Assembly: GCF_001465295.1 (NCBI RefSeq)
Contig: NZ_CP011035.1
Coordinates: 180,001 to 212,000 of the forward strand
Source of the DNA: Pseudoalteromonas translucida KMM 520
GTDB taxonomy: Bacteria > Pseudomonadota > Gammaproteobacteria > Enterobacterales > Alteromonadaceae
Direction: 5' to 3'
DNA: 32,000 bases
Shown: piece after piece, positions 29,811-32,000 of the stretch
How positions within the stretch are numbered: position 1 is the first letter of the stretch
How the letters are laid out: each line of letters starts with the position of its first letter
Program-made: the position numbers and the translations under genes
Notes under the pieces: generated by a model
Told to the model about the DNA's origin: nothing
Databases searched by the model: none
The model's input: only the letters and a program-made list of their open reading frames with translations

Positions 29811-30785
29811 ATGATCTCACACCGCCATTTATCAATTTTAGAGCTTGTGCCAATAGCGCCTAGCTCTATCTCGATCCTTCAACTTCAGCAAAAGCTGGTT
29901 GATCGCGGTATTGTTTTATCAACCCGCATGCTTCAACGAGATCTTCAATCACTATACGAGCAAGGCTGCTTCGGTCTTGAAAAAGACACGCGCAGTAAAC
30001 CCTATGGCTGGTCTATCAATGCGCAGTGGAGAGGTGGTAACTCAAAAGTAATGAGCAGCGAAGTGGCAGAGCATTATTTGTTGTTGGAGCAATTACTACC
30101 GCAATCTGTACCCAGTGATGTTAAACAGTCGGTACATATTAAAGCAGAGCAGGCGCTTAAACGTTATAATGGCCATATGCCTGAGTGGCTTTCAACCCTG
30201 CCAAAACCGTCGTTAAAAGTGAATGTTGATACTCAGTTAGTTGAGCAAATTGAGCATGCGATTATGCATAAGCGTGCAGTGAGCGCTGAGCTTTATAGAG
30301 TACTTTATGATGAGGCTCATTGGCTAAAATTTGCGGAGTTAAGTTTTTACAACTTAGTTGAGCAAGGCGGTGTGTTAATGGCTCAGTTTATGGTGGGAGA
30401 GCTTCATGACAAGTGTTATCAAATGCCGGTTTACCGCATTCGCAATGTACACATTTTGCAAAAAACACGACGAGAGCCAAGCACTGAGCAATTAAAGTCG
30501 TTACGTAGTGCGATTAACAAAGGCATGTCGCAAGAAGCGATCGAGTTAGTTGTAAAAGTACCTATTCATTCGGCGGTTAATCAAGGCTTTATTGAACTTG
30601 GTGAGCTGATTAATAAACAACAGATTGATGATAAAAACGTATTACTTACCTATCAAACTATTGATACTGAACAACTAGTCGATGAGCTATTTAAATGTGC
30701 CCATTGGCTTGAGGTTATAAAACCTGAAAAGTTGCGGCAAAGAATCACTACAAAGCTTAAAGCGGCCGCTAACATTTATAAATAA
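29811..30785 (+). CDS. wHTH-WYL-WCX transcriptional regulator (BrxR/CapW-like)
   Basis: N-terminal HTH (ISILQLQQKLVDRGIVLSTRMLQRDLQSL). Central WYL-like beta region (...QMPVYRIRNVHIL). C-terminal WLEVIKPEKLRQRI, typical of the WCX end of this family. Confidence 0.65.
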   Translation: MISHRHLSILELVPIAPSSISILQLQQKLVDRGIVLSTRMLQRDLQSLYEQGCFGLEKDTRSKPYGWSINAQWRGGNSKVMSSEVAEHYLLLEQLLPQSVPSDVKQSVHIKAEQALKRYNGHMPEWLSTLPKPSLKVNVDTQLVEQIEHAIMHKRAVSAELYRVLYDEAHWLKFAELSFYNLVEQGGVLMAQFMVGELHDKCYQMPVYRIRNVHILQKTRREPSTEQLKSLRSAINKGMSQEAIELVVKVPIHSAVNQGFIELGELINKQQIDDKNVLLTYQTIDTEQLVDELFKCAHWLEVIKPEKLRQRITTKLKAAANIYK

Positions 30786-30799
30786 CTTTAACTAGTTTA

Positions 30800-30829
30800 G
30801 GTGCGTCAAAAATTGACGCACCTGTTTGC
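30800..30829 (+). terminator. hairpin terminator, attenuator or operator between the WYL regulator and the FtsZ-like gene
   Basis: GGTGCGTCAA-aaa-TTGACGCACC 10-bp stem followed by TGTTTGCT, a weak T-tract. Confidence 0.5.
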
Positions 30830-30858
30830 TATGCTCCTTTTAAAGTTAAGGAGTAGTT

Positions 30859-31947
30859 ATGTTTCAATTAATTCAGCAAAATGATGGTTTATCGATTGGT
30901 GTATTTGGTATTGGTGGGTGTGGCTGTAATACTTTTAACAGTATTTTTGAACAACGCGAGTCTGAGCAGGCGCACTTGTTCAGCGTTAATACCGACAAAG
31001 TGGTACTTGAGCATACGCAAAGTGATGAAGCAGTACTTATAGGTGCAGAGCTAACTCATGGATATGGTGCGGGTGCCGACCCTAAAGTTGGGCTGCAAGC
31101 GGCAGAAGAGAGTAAAGATCAGCTTTTAACGCTTATTAATGGCTGCGATATAATACTGTGTGCAACAGGGTTGGGTGGTGGAACTGGGACTGGCGCTAGC
31201 CCGTATATTGCGCAACTTGCTATTGAGCAAGCCAAACCCATTATATTTGTTGCTACATTGCCATTTAGTAGTGAAGGGCAGTTTAGAAGCAATATAGCGC
31301 AAGCAGGTTTAAATGAGCTTAAAGAGCATGCTAATGCTGTTATTACTCTCCCAAATGATCAACTGATAGAAGTCCTTGGTAACGATATCGGCTTATTTGA
31401 TGCCTTCAAACATAGTAACCAAATACTCCATTCACTGATAAAGTCACTCATCGATATGCTTTGCTATCAAGGCTTAATAAACGTTGATTTAAATGACTTT
31501 GCTAAAATTATGGACTGCCAAGGTGATGCTGTACTTGGGGTAGGCAAATGTAATGAAGAAAGCGAGTTAACTGCTGCGCTTGATAGTGCACTTAATAATC
31601 CGCTGGTTAATCAAGTTGATATGTCATCAAGTACCGGCGTGATAATACAAGTGAACTGTAAAGATGAAATTTCACTAGGTAGTTATAACCTTATTACAGA
31701 TACAGTGCGCCAGCAGGTAAGCCCTAATGCGTTAGTTATTTGTGGTGTTTCAAAAATTGAAAACTTAGTAACCAATTATGAGCTACTGGTTATTGCTACG
31801 GGCGCGAGTTCAAAAATGATACTTGATGACACTAAAATTGAGTCAAGCTCTAAAGTAGTCGCCACTAAACCAAAAGCATCTGATATTTTTGATATTCCTG
31901 CTTTTATAAGAAATCAATCTGCACCACCTAGTAAAAGCTCTTTATAG
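30859..31947 (+). CDS. FtsZ paralogue (tubulin/FtsZ GTPase) in a non-dcw context
   Basis: Strong RBS AAGGAG. T1 loop GIGGCGCN, where canonical FtsZ has GGGGGN. Tubulin signature GLGGGTGTGASP. T7 loop NVDLNDFAKIM. C-terminal peptide DIFDIPAFIRNQ (nt 31882-31917), compared with E. coli DYLDIPAFLRKQ. The upstream gene is a WYL regulator rather than ftsA. Confidence 0.85.
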   Translation: MFQLIQQNDGLSIGVFGIGGCGCNTFNSIFEQRESEQAHLFSVNTDKVVLEHTQSDEAVLIGAELTHGYGAGADPKVGLQAAEESKDQLLTLINGCDIILCATGLGGGTGTGASPYIAQLAIEQAKPIIFVATLPFSSEGQFRSNIAQAGLNELKEHANAVITLPNDQLIEVLGNDIGLFDAFKHSNQILHSLIKSLIDMLCYQGLINVDLNDFAKIMDCQGDAVLGVGKCNEESELTAALDSALNNPLVNQVDMSSSTGVIIQVNCKDEISLGSYNLITDTVRQQVSPNALVICGVSKIENLVTNYELLVIATGASSKMILDDTKIESSSKVVATKPKASDIFDIPAFIRNQSAPPSKSSL

Positions 31948-32000
31948 GTTTTGTAAGCAAAGAAAAAGTTGTATTGCAATATGTAAGCGCTACTCTAATA

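Noticed and set aside
30859-31947. This gene as the housekeeping ftsZ
   Set aside because: It is preceded by a WYL regulator and a nuclease rather than ftsQ and ftsA. It has a shortened linker and a non-canonical GGCGCN T1 loop. This cannot be fully excluded without the rest of the genome.

Overview
AT-rich accessory DNA that reads like a gammaproteobacterial defence island. A marine Alteromonadales- or Vibrionales-like source is only a guess from composition and protein style. Left to right: (1) small unknown ORFs and orphan intrinsic terminators (1-1720). (2) A minus-strand pair encoding a wHTH + PD-(D/E)xK 'replication-relaxation'-like protein and a RepA/AAA_25-like RecA-fold ATPase (1721-3472). 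(3) A G+C-rich, hairpin-dense non-coding block ending in an intrinsic terminator (about 3768-4174). (4) Three unknown small or membrane proteins, including a glycine-zipper protein (4428-6175). (5) A type I R-M operon, hsdR-hsdM-hsdS, translationally coupled to two DUF262 (GmrSD-family) genes (6330-15488). (6) Type II Zorya, zorA-zorB-zorE (15869-19469). (7) An Eleos / LeoC-LeoB-LeoA dynamin-like GTPase system (19928-23898), whose last gene is clipped by a complete IS3-family element with a 3-bp target duplication (23884-25149). (8) An unknown two-gene operon (25599-26660, minus strand), divergent from a tandem-AAA+ ATPase plus GIY-YIG nuclease pair (26900-29791). (9) A WYL (BrxR/CapW-type) regulator (29811-30785) followed by an FtsZ paralogue that keeps the FtsA/ZipA-binding C-terminal peptide (30859-31947). 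I saw no rRNA, tRNA or CRISPR array. The best candidates for undescribed biology are the AAA+ / GIY-YIG / WYL / FtsZ-like cluster at the right end, the unknown divergent two-gene operon, the glycine-zipper membrane protein cluster upstream of hsdR, and the G+C-rich structured non-coding locus. All family assignments come from motifs read by eye. No database search was run.
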